Below, in pieces: positions 28,229 to 37,597 of a DNA stretch of 51,469 nucleotides. Each line of letters starts with the position of its first letter. The stretch's first letter is position 1. The notes below the pieces were generated by a model, which saw only the letters and a program-made list of their open reading frames with translations, was not told where the DNA came from and ran no database searches. Position numbers and translations under genes: made by a program. The stretch lies in sequence record SRR22947725_508; one strand, 5' to 3'.

Positions 28229-28977
28229 GTTGTTAGTCCTCCATCCACTACAAACATTGATCCAGTAATAAAATCAGAAGCGTCAGAAGCCAAATACAGT
28301 GCCATACCGGATATATCATCAGGCTCTCCCATTCTAGCTTGGGGGATAGCTTTTATAATTTCATTATATACTGATTCATCTTTCCATAAAGCTTTGCTGA
28401 AATCTGTCTTGATTAAGCCTGGAGCTAAAGTATTAACTTGCACATTTGATCCTGCCATCTCTTTAGCTAGAACCTTGGTTAACATTACCACTGCAGCCTT
28501 ACTAATATTATAAACGCCTAAGCCATCAAGTGGTGTCTTTGCTGCTATAGATGCTACATTAATAATCTTACCATACTTATTAGCTTCCATAGATTTACTA
28601 CAGGCTTTTACAAAATTGAAATATCCTTTTACATTAATATCCCAAATTTTTTCCCAATGGCTATCTTGTGAATTAAGAATTGGGCCATAATAAGGGTTCG
28701 CTGCTGCATTGTTAACTAATATATCTACCCTACCAAACTGCTCTATTGTTTTTTTTACAACATTATTAATTGATTCTATTTCACCAGTATTGCATTCTAT
28801 GCCAACGATATTAAATCCTGCTGTCTTTGCTTCTTGTATCGCACTATCTAAATTATCTTTTTTTCGACTACAAATAACAACGTTTGCGCCTGCTTTTGCA
28901 TATTTAAGTGCAATCGCTTTACCAATACCTTTGGAACCTCCCGAAATAATTGCAGTCTTTTCTTTTAAGCTAAACAT
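28225..28977 (-). CDS. Short-chain dehydrogenase/reductase (DHRS4-like)
   Basis: SGGSKGIG, VNNAAANP..G, YNISK, PGLIKTDFS..LW. Confidence 0.88.
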   Translation of the reverse strand: MFSLKEKTAIISGGSKGIGKAIALKYAKAGANVVICSRKKDNLDSAIQEAKTAGFNIVGIECNTGEIESINNVVKKTIEQFGRVDILVNNAAANPYYGPILNSQDSHWEKIWDINVKGYFNFVKACSKSMEANKYGKIINVASIAAKTPLDGLGVYNISKAAVVMLTKVLAKEMAGSNVQVNTLAPGLIKTDFSKALWKDESVYNEIIKAIPQARMGEPDDISGMALYLASDASDFITGSMFVVDGGLTT

Positions 28978-29826
28978 TCACTTTTTCTTTCTTCTTGCTG
29001 CCATAGCTTCCCACATTGAATCTGGCAATTTTGTCAAATCACTAAATTCTGCAGCGCCTGCAAGCCATTCACCGCCATCAATAGTTACTACTTCGCCGTT
29101 TACATAGGCTGATCCGTCACTCATTAAGTATGATGCAAGATTTTCAAGTTCATGACGTTCACCGAATCTTTTCATTGGAATTTTATTTTTCATATTTTCT
29201 TCGTAGTCCTCGAAACCTGGCGGCATTAAGCGAGACCAAGCTCCCTCTGTTGGGAATGGACCTGGAGCAATCGCATTAAATCGAATATTATGCTTACCCC
29301 ATTCTACAGCTAATGATCGAGTCATTGCTAACACACCCGCTTTAGCTGCTGCGGATGGTACTACATAAGGCGAACCTGTCCATGCATATGTAGTAACAAT
29401 ACTTAACACATTACCTTTTTTATTCTTTATCATTTCCTTACCTACCGTACTAATACAATTCCATGTTCCCATTAATACAATATCAATGACAGCCTTAAAT
29501 GCATTGGGACTCAACATTTCAGTTGGAGAAATAAAATTACCCGCTGCATTATTAAGTAGATTATCAATTTTGCCGAACTTATCAATTGCTTGTTTAGTCA
29601 TTAGCTCTACATCTTCTATTTTTCTTACATCTCCTGGACATGTTAATACATTAATCCCTAGTTCTGAAAATTCTTGTGCAGTTTCATCTAGCACTTCTGC
29701 TCTTCTACCACTAATTACAATATTTGCTCCTAATTCTCCGAATCGTCTCGACATACTTTTACCTAATCCAGTTCCTCCGCCAGTAACAATAATTGTTTGA
29801 TCTTTTAATAAGCCATCTTGAAACAT
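28978..29826 (-). CDS. SDR, 2,4-dienoyl-CoA reductase (NADPH)-like
   Basis: TGGGTGLG, NNAAGNFISPTE.LSPNA, PSAAAKAGV, SLAVEWG, IAPGPFPT.GA. Confidence 0.85.
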   Translation of the reverse strand: MFQDGLLKDQTIIVTGGGTGLGKSMSRRFGELGANIVISGRRAEVLDETAQEFSELGINVLTCPGDVRKIEDVELMTKQAIDKFGKIDNLLNNAAGNFISPTEMLSPNAFKAVIDIVLMGTWNCISTVGKEMIKNKKGNVLSIVTTYAWTGSPYVVPSAAAKAGVLAMTRSLAVEWGKHNIRFNAIAPGPFPTEGAWSRLMPPGFEDYEENMKNKIPMKRFGERHELENLASYLMSDGSAYVNGEVVTIDGGEWLAGAAEFSDLTKLPDSMWEAMAARRKKK

Positions 29827-29841
29827 ATAAATTCCTTTTTT

Positions 29842-30147
29842 TTAATTATCTAAAATATCTGTTATTAAATCTGTTTTTTCTTTTAACGGTTCTAAAATAT
29901 TATCTTCAACAACACTTTGGGCAGACTCTTGCAACTCTTGAACTTGATTTGGAAGCTTATCTAAATCTGGAAGCGGTTGACCTGTAAGCACAATATAAGT
30001 ATAGTAAATAATCAGTAGTGTAATCCCTAATGTTACCAGTTTAAATAAGCGCTTTATAACGCTAAATGTAATCATTGCCATCAAAACAATGGTTACAGCC
30101 AAGTATGCTGGATTACTAGAAATGCTATTTAACAGATTCTCTAACAT
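29842..30147 (-). CDS. Small hypothetical membrane protein (2 TM plus acidic tail)
   Basis: Two hydrophobic segments around a KR loop; co-oriented upstream of the SDRs; TAAATT 6 nt upstream of the ATG. Confidence 0.7.
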   Translation of the reverse strand: MLENLLNSISSNPAYLAVTIVLMAMITFSVIKRLFKLVTLGITLLIIYYTYIVLTGQPLPDLDKLPNQVQELQESAQSVVEDNILEPLKEKTDLITDILDN

Positions 30148-30220
30148 TGTAGCAATTTATACATTAGATTTCTACTTTACAAAGATGAAACAAAAATCCA
30201 TAAGATTCGTTAAAAATTAT

Positions 30221-33200
30221 ATGATAAAAAGAGGATTTGTTTTATTTTTTTTGTGCACTTCTCTGTTGAGCCAGGATAAGCTACTGCTCAAACAAGCAGA
30301 TACTCTCACATCTTCTACTATCGGAAACGAAACAATCACAAGGTTAAATGGAAATATTATTTTTCAGAAAACAGATACTACTTTAAAAGGAAATTTTGCA
30401 ACACAATCTGATAAAAACTCTTTGATAAACTTATATGGAGATGTATCCATTCAGCAGCCTGAGCAAATTATATATTGTGACTCTTTATCGTTTAATAATG
30501 ATACTGAATTTTTTGAAATGTTCGGAAACATTAAAATTAAAAATGGCTCTCGTTTAATTAGTGCAGACAAAGCTACTTTGGATCAAATTTCTAATCAGAT
30601 GACTTTAATCGATAATTGCGAAATCAATGAAGACTATAGAAATAGAGTGTATGGGGATAAAATAATATTAGATTTTAAGAATAAGACTCTTCAATCATTC
30701 AAGGTATTATCAAATGGTATAATTTTCTCTAAAAATTCAGGTTATGAAAAAATTGATGATTTGGAAAAAAGTATTGAAAATGAAGATGTTTTAAAGGCGG
30801 AAACTATTTTTGCTAGCCTTGAAAATGAAGAAATTCAAAATATAGAATTGATAGGAATGGCCTCTACCTTAATTCACCTTTATAATGACTCTCTATATGA
30901 CGGTATTAATGAAGTATCTGGTGATAAGATTATCATGAATATTCAAAATGAATCTGCAAAAAAATTAATAGCTGAAGGCGGGACAATTGGCCGATATATA
31001 CCAAATAAATCTAATGAAAATATTCAAGAAGAAATTGATTATGTAGCGGATAGAGTAGAATTTGAGGTAGAAAAAAAGATATCTAAGATGTTCGGTGTAG
31101 TAAAGATTATTCATAATAAAATGGACTTGTCTGCTGCGCGCATTAATGTAGATTGGACTACCAATGTTTTAGAAGCGTTTAGCGACAACCCATTCAACAA
31201 AGAAGAAATAAATAGACCTATACTTATAGAAAATAATCGTGAGCCAATGACGGGTGATACTATGGTATATAATATCAAATCTAGAAAAGGTAAGGTGTTG
31301 ATGGGAGAAAGTCGTGTTCAGGAAAATGTATATATGGGAAGTCAGATTACGAGTGTCACAGATAGCACTTTTTATATTGATGATTGCATCTTTACTTCAT
31401 GCGATCCTTCAAAATTTTATCTTGGTAGTAAGCAAGTAAAGATTATTTATGGAGATAAAGTCATTGCAAAACCTCTTAGTATTTTCATTGGAGGTGTTCC
31501 AATAATTGGAGTTCCAATTGCTATCTTTCCACATTCCTCAAATGAAAGAAGGTCTGGATGGATTATGCCATCATTTGGATCATCTGAAAATCGTGGAAAT
31601 TATCTCGATGGGCTAGGTTACTATTTTGCTCCAAATGATTATATTGGATCAGAGAATTCTCTAATCTTTGCAGATAGACAAGGAGTAATACTTAAATCAA
31701 AAAATCAATATCGTGATCGATATCGATTCAATGGAAGGCTAGATTTTGAAGTTCGAAAACATTTAGGTTCTGGTGAAAGTGATATTGCACAAATCGGTAA
31801 AAGTAATAAGACCGACTATTCCTTTAATTGGAATCATAATCAAATACTAAGGAATGATCAAACTTTTCGTGGTTCTGCTAGCTATTATAGCAATGGAGAG
31901 TACAACAGAGAAACAAGTATTGACCCAATTAAAAGACTTAATCAGCAAGCAATTTCAAATGTGACTTATACAAAAAGATGGAAAACGCCCAATATCTCAA
32001 TCAGTATTAATGCTTCTAACAAGCAAGATTTAATGTCTAAGAGTAAAGTAGATATCAACTCCTCTTTCTATCAATCTCCAACGAGCTTATCATCCACTAT
32101 AACAAAAGATGCTAGTACATTACCATCCATAAATTTTAGAGTTGCTAGAAGAAAATTATTCAAGAATATCTCTCAGGATTCATGGATTGGAAATATTCAA
32201 TGGGATTATAATTCTCGCCTAGTAAATAACTCTAAAAATTTTTATGAAGCAGAAGAAGCTATGGATACAGACGGGAATATATCATATGCATGGAAGCAAA
32301 ACGATTCTGGCAATCCTGAAAGCTCAAATAAATTAGATGCAATGCTTAAGAATACTTTTTCAATTAACGCCCCTTTTACTGCTTTTAAATATCTTGCAAT
32401 TAACCCGAGTATTAAATTGAATTCAGATTTTGTAAATCGTTATAGAGTGGCAGAATATGATCAAACAGATTCAGTAAGTTTTAGATATGAAGAGGCTATT
32501 AAAAATAGAACTACAGGGAATGTTGGCTTATCATTGTCTACTAAAATTTACGGTATCTTACCCATACGATTTAATAAAATCCAGTCAGTAAGACATGTGA
32601 TGACGCCAAGTATGCGCTTTAACTTTTCTCCTGACTACCTGAGTAATGATAGCTACTTCCAATCATTTAATGATGAATATTATGACTACTTTAGTAGTTC
32701 TATTATTGGATCTACTCCCACAACAAGTACTAAGAAGCTTAGTCTATCTTTGAGCAATGTATTTCAAGCAAAAATGAAGGACGGAGAAAAGGAAGATAAG
32801 GTTAATCTTTTTTCATGGGGAATATCAAGTGGGTATAATTTTAATGCTGATCAATTCAAAGTATCTAATATTAGCTCGTCGATTAGAAGTAATCTAAAAA
32901 ATGGAGTTTCCATAGATGCCAACCTTACTCATGACTTATATAAGTTTGATAATTTGACGCAATCAAGAATTAATGAGCTAGATAATTTTCCAAGATTAAC
33001 CGGTATAAGATTAGCAACAAATTTTACTTTAAAAAGTAAAGCAAGTGGCAAGGAACAAAACTCTGACAGAGAGCTTTCAGAACGAACCAAAGAATTTTTG
33101 ACTGATTTATCAAGTAATACTTGGCAGAGCAAAATAGGCATTAGTTATACTGTGAATAAAATTAATCCATCAAATACTATTGAGAACTTTTGGGTAAATA

Positions 33201-33454
33201 CTAATACTAGTGTTAATGTAACTGAAAATTGGAAGCTAAATTATAATGCTCGCTTTAGTATCAGTGATAAAGATATTGTAAGGCATAATATTACTCTTTA
33301 CAGAGAAATAGATTGTTGGGAGCTATTTATGGATTGGACTCCTACGGGCTATGCAAAAGGACTTTATTTTAGACTAAATTTAAAGTCTGATATTTTAAAA
33401 GATTTAAAGGTAGAACAAAAAACCGGCTTATATAATACTAGGTCAAGTTTTTAG
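30221..33454 (+). CDS. lptD: LPS-assembly protein LptD with extended OstA/LptA-like N-terminus
   Basis: Signal peptide from 30221 (MIKRGF...LLS|Q); FTSCD, RRSGWIMPS.G, G.GYYFA, RHVMTP, RE.DCWE. The 30089 start would overlap the divergent gene. Confidence 0.82.
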   Translation: MIKRGFVLFFLCTSLLSQDKLLLKQADTLTSSTIGNETITRLNGNIIFQKTDTTLKGNFATQSDKNSLINLYGDVSIQQPEQIIYCDSLSFNNDTEFFEMFGNIKIKNGSRLISADKATLDQISNQMTLIDNCEINEDYRNRVYGDKIILDFKNKTLQSFKVLSNGIIFSKNSGYEKIDDLEKSIENEDVLKAETIFASLENEEIQNIELIGMASTLIHLYNDSLYDGINEVSGDKIIMNIQNESAKKLIAEGGTIGRYIPNKSNENIQEEIDYVADRVEFEVEKKISKMFGVVKIIHNKMDLSAARINVDWTTNVLEAFSDNPFNKEEINRPILIENNREPMTGDTMVYNIKSRKGKVLMGESRVQENVYMGSQITSVTDSTFYIDDCIFTSCDPSKFYLGSKQVKIIYGDKVIAKPLSIFIGGVPIIGVPIAIFPHSSNERRSGWIMPSFGSSENRGNYLDGLGYYFAPNDYIGSENSLIFADRQGVILKSKNQYRDRYRFNGRLDFEVRKHLGSGESDIAQIGKSNKTDYSFNWNHNQILRNDQTFRGSASYYSNGEYNRETSIDPIKRLNQQAISNVTYTKRWKTPNISISINASNKQDLMSKSKVDINSSFYQSPTSLSSTITKDASTLPSINFRVARRKLFKNISQDSWIGNIQWDYNSRLVNNSKNFYEAEEAMDTDGNISYAWKQNDSGNPESSNKLDAMLKNTFSINAPFTAFKYLAINPSIKLNSDFVNRYRVAEYDQTDSVSFRYEEAIKNRTTGNVGLSLSTKIYGILPIRFNKIQSVRHVMTPSMRFNFSPDYLSNDSYFQSFNDEYYDYFSSSIIGSTPTTSTKKLSLSLSNVFQAKMKDGEKEDKVNLFSWGISSGYNFNADQFKVSNISSSIRSNLKNGVSIDANLTHDLYKFDNLTQSRINELDNFPRLTGIRLATNFTLKSKASGKEQNSDRELSERTKEFLTDLSSNTWQSKIGISYTVNKINPSNTIENFWVNTNTSVNVTENWKLNYNARFSISDKDIVRHNITLYREIDCWELFMDWTPTGYAKGLYFRLNLKSDILKDLKVEQKTGLYNTRSSF

Positions 33455-33489
33455 GTGTTATTGCTTAAAAAAATTATTAATGTTGTTTT

Positions 33490-34722
33490 GTGAAATCTAA
33501 ATATCAAAAAATTAAAGGCACCTTTGATATTCTTCCTGCCGATACGCGCTTATGGAAAGAAATGGAGAATATCTTGCATAATATAAGTGAGCAATTTAGC
33601 TATGAAGAAATTCGCACTCCCGCAATTGAATCAATTGATTTATTCAAACAAAATGTTGGCTATGAAACTGATGTATCAAAAGAAATGTTTACATGGGAAG
33701 ATCATTCTCATCAACAAATAGCCTTAAAGCCAGAAATGACTGCTCCAGTAGTACGTGCCTACATAGAGGGTGGATTTTTTAGAAGCAATCCATTGTGCCG
33801 TTTATATTACATGGACTCTCTTTTTAGAAGGGAAAAACCACAGAAAGGTAGGCAGCGTCAATTTAATCAATTTGGTATAGAAGCTTTTGGTTCTTCAAAT
33901 ATTGAACAGGATGTTGAGGTAATTATGGTAGCTGCAACCTGCCTTAAAGCATTAAATATTAATGATACTACTCTGCATGTAAATAATATTGGGTCTCCTG
34001 AAACAAGAACGCAGTATGAAGCGTTGCTCAAAAAATATTTTGCTCAAAATACTCGTAGTATGTCGAGTTTGTCTAAAAAGAGACTAGATACTAATCCTAT
34101 TCGTATTCTAGATAGCAAAGAAAAAGAGGATCAGTCAATTATTAAAAATGCTCCTATCGTTAAAGAATTATTAAACGATTCAGAAAAAGAAGATTTTAAT
34201 ATGTTGCTTTCAAATCTAGATGCACTCAACATTAAATATGAAGAAAGTCCTTATCTAGTACGTGGGTTAGATTACTACAATGGAACTACTTTTGAAATAA
34301 CAACTCGAAGCAACAAGTCGCAAAATGCTTTATGTGGGGGTGGGCGATATGATTTCTTGGTAGAGAAAATGGGTGGACCATCAACGCCGGCAATTGGATT
34401 TGCAGCGGGAATGGAGCGAATGATTATTGAATCACAATATCAGGTTGGAAAAAATAGTATTGATATTTATATCAGCTCTAATGATTTAAATCATAGTAGA
34501 AAGTGCTTTTCTATTATGCAAAATTTAATAGATAATAATTATACGGTATTTTTTGATACAAATAAAAAAAATGTTAAAAATCAAATGAAGGATGCTATTA
34601 AAAGAAGTGCATCTTACTTGTTAATAATCGATAAAAATATCACAGTAAAAAATATAAAATCAAATGACGAGATTGTCGTTTCTGACTTTCACGAATTACT
34701 CAATTTTTTAAAAAACCAATAA
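33490..34722 (+). CDS. hisS: Histidine--tRNA ligase
   Basis: KGT.D.LP, LKPEMTA, FRREKPQKGRQRQF.Q, LVRGLDYY, GGGRYD, GFAAGMER; GTG start. Confidence 0.96.
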   Translation: MKSKYQKIKGTFDILPADTRLWKEMENILHNISEQFSYEEIRTPAIESIDLFKQNVGYETDVSKEMFTWEDHSHQQIALKPEMTAPVVRAYIEGGFFRSNPLCRLYYMDSLFRREKPQKGRQRQFNQFGIEAFGSSNIEQDVEVIMVAATCLKALNINDTTLHVNNIGSPETRTQYEALLKKYFAQNTRSMSSLSKKRLDTNPIRILDSKEKEDQSIIKNAPIVKELLNDSEKEDFNMLLSNLDALNIKYEESPYLVRGLDYYNGTTFEITTRSNKSQNALCGGGRYDFLVEKMGGPSTPAIGFAAGMERMIIESQYQVGKNSIDIYISSNDLNHSRKCFSIMQNLIDNNYTVFFDTNKKNVKNQMKDAIKRSASYLLIIDKNITVKNIKSNDEIVVSDFHELLNFLKNQ

Positions 34723-34748
34723 TTTATATTTATTAATAAATATAAATT
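34721..34748. repeat. Perfect 28-bp A/T-only palindrome
   Basis: AATTTATATTTATT|AATAAATATAAATT; all 14 pairs checked by hand, no spacer. Confidence 0.9.
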
Positions 34749-34749
34749 T

Positions 34750-34779
34750 TTGACAATTACTAAACAAACTATGTAAGTT
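34750..34779 (+). promoter_or_regulatory. Putative topA promoter
   Basis: TTGACA-18 bp-TAAGTT, with ATG 10 nt downstream. Confidence 0.6.
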
Positions 34780-34789
34780 GCCAGCCAAG

Positions 34790-37225
34790 ATGTCAGATCA
34801 AGAAAAACTATTAATCATTGTTGAGTCGCCTTCTAAAACGAAGACGATTGCAAAGTACATAGACAATGCTTCTGTGATAGCAAGTGTTGGTCATTTTAAA
34901 GATTTACCTAAGAAAGAAATGGGTATTGATATAGAAAATGACTTTGCTATGAAAATTCAAACAATGCCTGATAGAAAAAAGTTTATTACTCAACTAAAAT
35001 CTGAAGTTAAAAAGGCCGATAGAATCCTGATTGCAACAGACCCGGATCGTGAAGGGGAGGCAATTGCAGCTGATATAGCAGAGGAAATTAAAGAGGATAT
35101 TGAAAGAGTAGAATTTACTGAGATTACTAAGACAGCTGTAAAACATGCTATAGATAATAGTAGAGACATTAACTATAATTTAGTTGATGCTCAAAGAGCT
35201 AGACGAGCTATTGACCGCATTGTAGGCTTTACATTTTCTCCGGTACTATGGAAAACATTAAGGTCTATCAAAAATACCGGCCTATCAGCTGGTAGAGTTC
35301 AATCGGTGGCATTAAGACTATTGGTCGACAGAGAAAAAGAGCGTAATAAATTTATAAAAAATACATTTTATACGATTGAAGCTGATTTAAAAGAAAAAAA
35401 TCATGACGCTACTTTTAAAGCAAAACTTGTTTCATATGATAATCAAACTATAGCAAAAAGTGATGACTTTGGGAAATTCGATAGTGGCTTAAAAAATGAT
35501 AAACTTCTTTTAATAGATGCTGTAAAAGCTAAAGAAATTAAGGGTGAATCTGAAAATAGTAATTGGGAAATTAGTAAAATTGAATCAAAACCAACCTCTA
35601 GTTCTGCTGCTCCACCTTTTACAACAAGCACTCTTCAACAAGATGCCTCTAGAAGATTTGGATATTCTCCAAAAAGAACAATGGTAGTTGCACAAAAACT
35701 ATACGAGCAAGGGTTTATTACTTATATGCGAACTGATTCTACTAATCTTTCTAAGGAAGCTTTAGCCGCATCGAAAAAATTTATTTTAGATAAATTTGGT
35801 GAAGACTTTTTACCGGAAAATTCCAATTTTTATAAAAGTAAAGTAGCAAATGCGCAAGAAGCACATGAGGCGGTTAGGCCTGCAGGGACTACATTTAAAG
35901 AACCTGCGCATGTACTAAAGAGCCTTGGAAAAGATGAAGCAAAATTATATGAGCTCATATTAAATAGAACGTTAGCATCTCAAATGAAGCCTGCACAATA
36001 TATTAGAACAAACATTGAGATCATAAATGGTAAATCGATTTACAGAGCAAGTGGAAATATTACAACATTTAAAGGATATACTGCTGCTTATGAACAAGCA
36101 CTCTCTAGAACACAAAAATCAGTTATTGCTGCGCTCCCCCCTATACAAAAAGATTCTAAAATTATACATAATAATATAGATGCCCTTGAAAGAAATACCA
36201 CTCCTCCAAGAAGATTTTCAGAGGCTATGCTTGTAAAGGAAATGGAAGCGAGGGGTATTGGGCGCCCATCTACTTATTCATCTATTTTAGATAAGCTTGT
36301 AAAAAAAGAATATGTAATTAAAAAAAGCAAAACTCTTATTCCCACTTTTGTTGGTATTGCTGTTACTCAACTTCTAGAAAATCATTATTTAGCATTATTT
36401 AATGAAAAATTTACAGCAGGCATGGAGCAACAGTTAGACGCTATATCTCGATCTGAAAGTACATATGTAGATGTTTTAGAAGAGTTTTATAATGGTGGTA
36501 AAAATTATGCTGGAGTAGCCAAGCTATTAGAGGAAGAAATAGATATTGCAAAAGCATGTAGTGTTCCCGTATCAGAAAAAACTAGTATTCGTATCGGAAA
36601 ATTTGGTCCCTATGTAGAAAAAGATGGTGGTAATATCACTATCCCACAAGACTTGTTTTTAGGTGATTTGAATCAAGAAGAAATTGACAAGCTTAGTACG
36701 ATGCAAAAAGAGGATAACATTATCGGGACATTCAATGGTGGTGAAAATATCTTATTGAAAGTAGGTCGATATGGGCCTTACGTAGAATTACAAGAAAGTA
36801 AAAAAAGAGCTTCTATTCCAAAAGGAACATCTCTTGAAGATGTAACAGAAACTATGGCTTCAGACTTATTAAGCTTACCAAAGACGTTAGGTAAACATCC
36901 TGATACTGGAGAAGATATATTAGCAACATTTGGTCCTTATGGTCCTTATGTAAAGTGTGGAAAAACCAATGCATCAATGAAGTCCACAGATAGTCCTTTA
37001 ACTATCACACTAGAAGATGCTATTAAACTCATTAAAGATAGAAAATTAAAATTTGAGCCGACGATTTTAGGTACAGATCCAAAAACAAAAAAGGATGTTT
37101 CAATTAAAAGAGGTAGATTTGGTCCATATGTAACAGATGGTAAAAAGAATGTATCTCTTAAAGGATATTCAATAGAAGATGTTACTTTGGAAGAAGCCAT
37201 TAAATTATTAGCAGAAAAAAAATGA
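34790..37225 (+). CDS. topA: DNA topoisomerase I (type IA) with C-terminal Topo_C repeats
   Basis: IVESPSK, ATDPDREGE, SAGRVQ, ITYMRTD (catalytic Tyr), AQEAHEA, GIGRPSTY; four G.[FY]GPYV repeats. ATG 34790 preferred over TTG 34778. Confidence 0.96.
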   Translation: MSDQEKLLIIVESPSKTKTIAKYIDNASVIASVGHFKDLPKKEMGIDIENDFAMKIQTMPDRKKFITQLKSEVKKADRILIATDPDREGEAIAADIAEEIKEDIERVEFTEITKTAVKHAIDNSRDINYNLVDAQRARRAIDRIVGFTFSPVLWKTLRSIKNTGLSAGRVQSVALRLLVDREKERNKFIKNTFYTIEADLKEKNHDATFKAKLVSYDNQTIAKSDDFGKFDSGLKNDKLLLIDAVKAKEIKGESENSNWEISKIESKPTSSSAAPPFTTSTLQQDASRRFGYSPKRTMVVAQKLYEQGFITYMRTDSTNLSKEALAASKKFILDKFGEDFLPENSNFYKSKVANAQEAHEAVRPAGTTFKEPAHVLKSLGKDEAKLYELILNRTLASQMKPAQYIRTNIEIINGKSIYRASGNITTFKGYTAAYEQALSRTQKSVIAALPPIQKDSKIIHNNIDALERNTTPPRRFSEAMLVKEMEARGIGRPSTYSSILDKLVKKEYVIKKSKTLIPTFVGIAVTQLLENHYLALFNEKFTAGMEQQLDAISRSESTYVDVLEEFYNGGKNYAGVAKLLEEEIDIAKACSVPVSEKTSIRIGKFGPYVEKDGGNITIPQDLFLGDLNQEEIDKLSTMQKEDNIIGTFNGGENILLKVGRYGPYVELQESKKRASIPKGTSLEDVTETMASDLLSLPKTLGKHPDTGEDILATFGPYGPYVKCGKTNASMKSTDSPLTITLEDAIKLIKDRKLKFEPTILGTDPKTKKDVSIKRGRFGPYVTDGKKNVSLKGYSIEDVTLEEAIKLLAEKK

Positions 37226-37575
37226 TAAAAAAAGTTTTTGTAACCTTATGTACCCTCACCTTTCTCTTTAGCTTCCAATCATCAATAGAAGATCGTCTTT
37301 ACTCCTTAAATCGCCAGTTAATGTGCCCAATATGCGATGGATTAACTTTAGAACAGTCTCAGGCAAATGTAGCTGTAGAAATGCGTGAAGAAATTAAAAA
37401 AATGGTTATTAAAGGGATGAGTGATCAAGATATTAAAGAGTTTTATGTAAAAAAATATGGCTTATATATATTAGCAGACCCTCCAAAAAAAGGTTTTGAT
37501 GCATTAGTTTTCATTGGGCCATTGTTATTTGGATTGCTTGGATTAATAATATTGTACAAGTATTTATTTTCTTGA
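37222..37575 (+). CDS. ccmH: Cytochrome c-type biogenesis protein CcmH/CycL (N-terminal domain)
   Basis: LMCPICDG..L.QS.A..A..MR..I, YG..IL..PP, C-terminal TM. Confidence 0.85.
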   Translation: MIKKVFVTLCTLTFLFSFQSSIEDRLYSLNRQLMCPICDGLTLEQSQANVAVEMREEIKKMVIKGMSDQDIKEFYVKKYGLYILADPPKKGFDALVFIGPLLFGLLGLIILYKYLFS

Positions 37576-37597
37576 CTACTATACTTAAATTGTAAAA

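Noticed and set aside
17085-29826. Genomic island integrated at tRNA-Phe (efflux, metal and SDR genes follow it)
   Set aside because: No integrase or transposase, no duplicated tRNA 3' end seen, and no visible compositional shift.
30089-30220. Long N-terminal extensions in the ORF track (lptD from 30089, Nudix from 27711, QC from 10234, rne from 3576, TBDR from 39889)
   Set aside because: They overlap neighbouring genes or bury signal peptides; downstream starts fit better.
34721-34748. dif site, given the 28-bp length
   Set aside because: Lacks the XerD arm TTATGTTAAAT and the 11-6-11 layout. The TTATGTTAAA at 23211 lies inside the RND CDS with no XerC arm.
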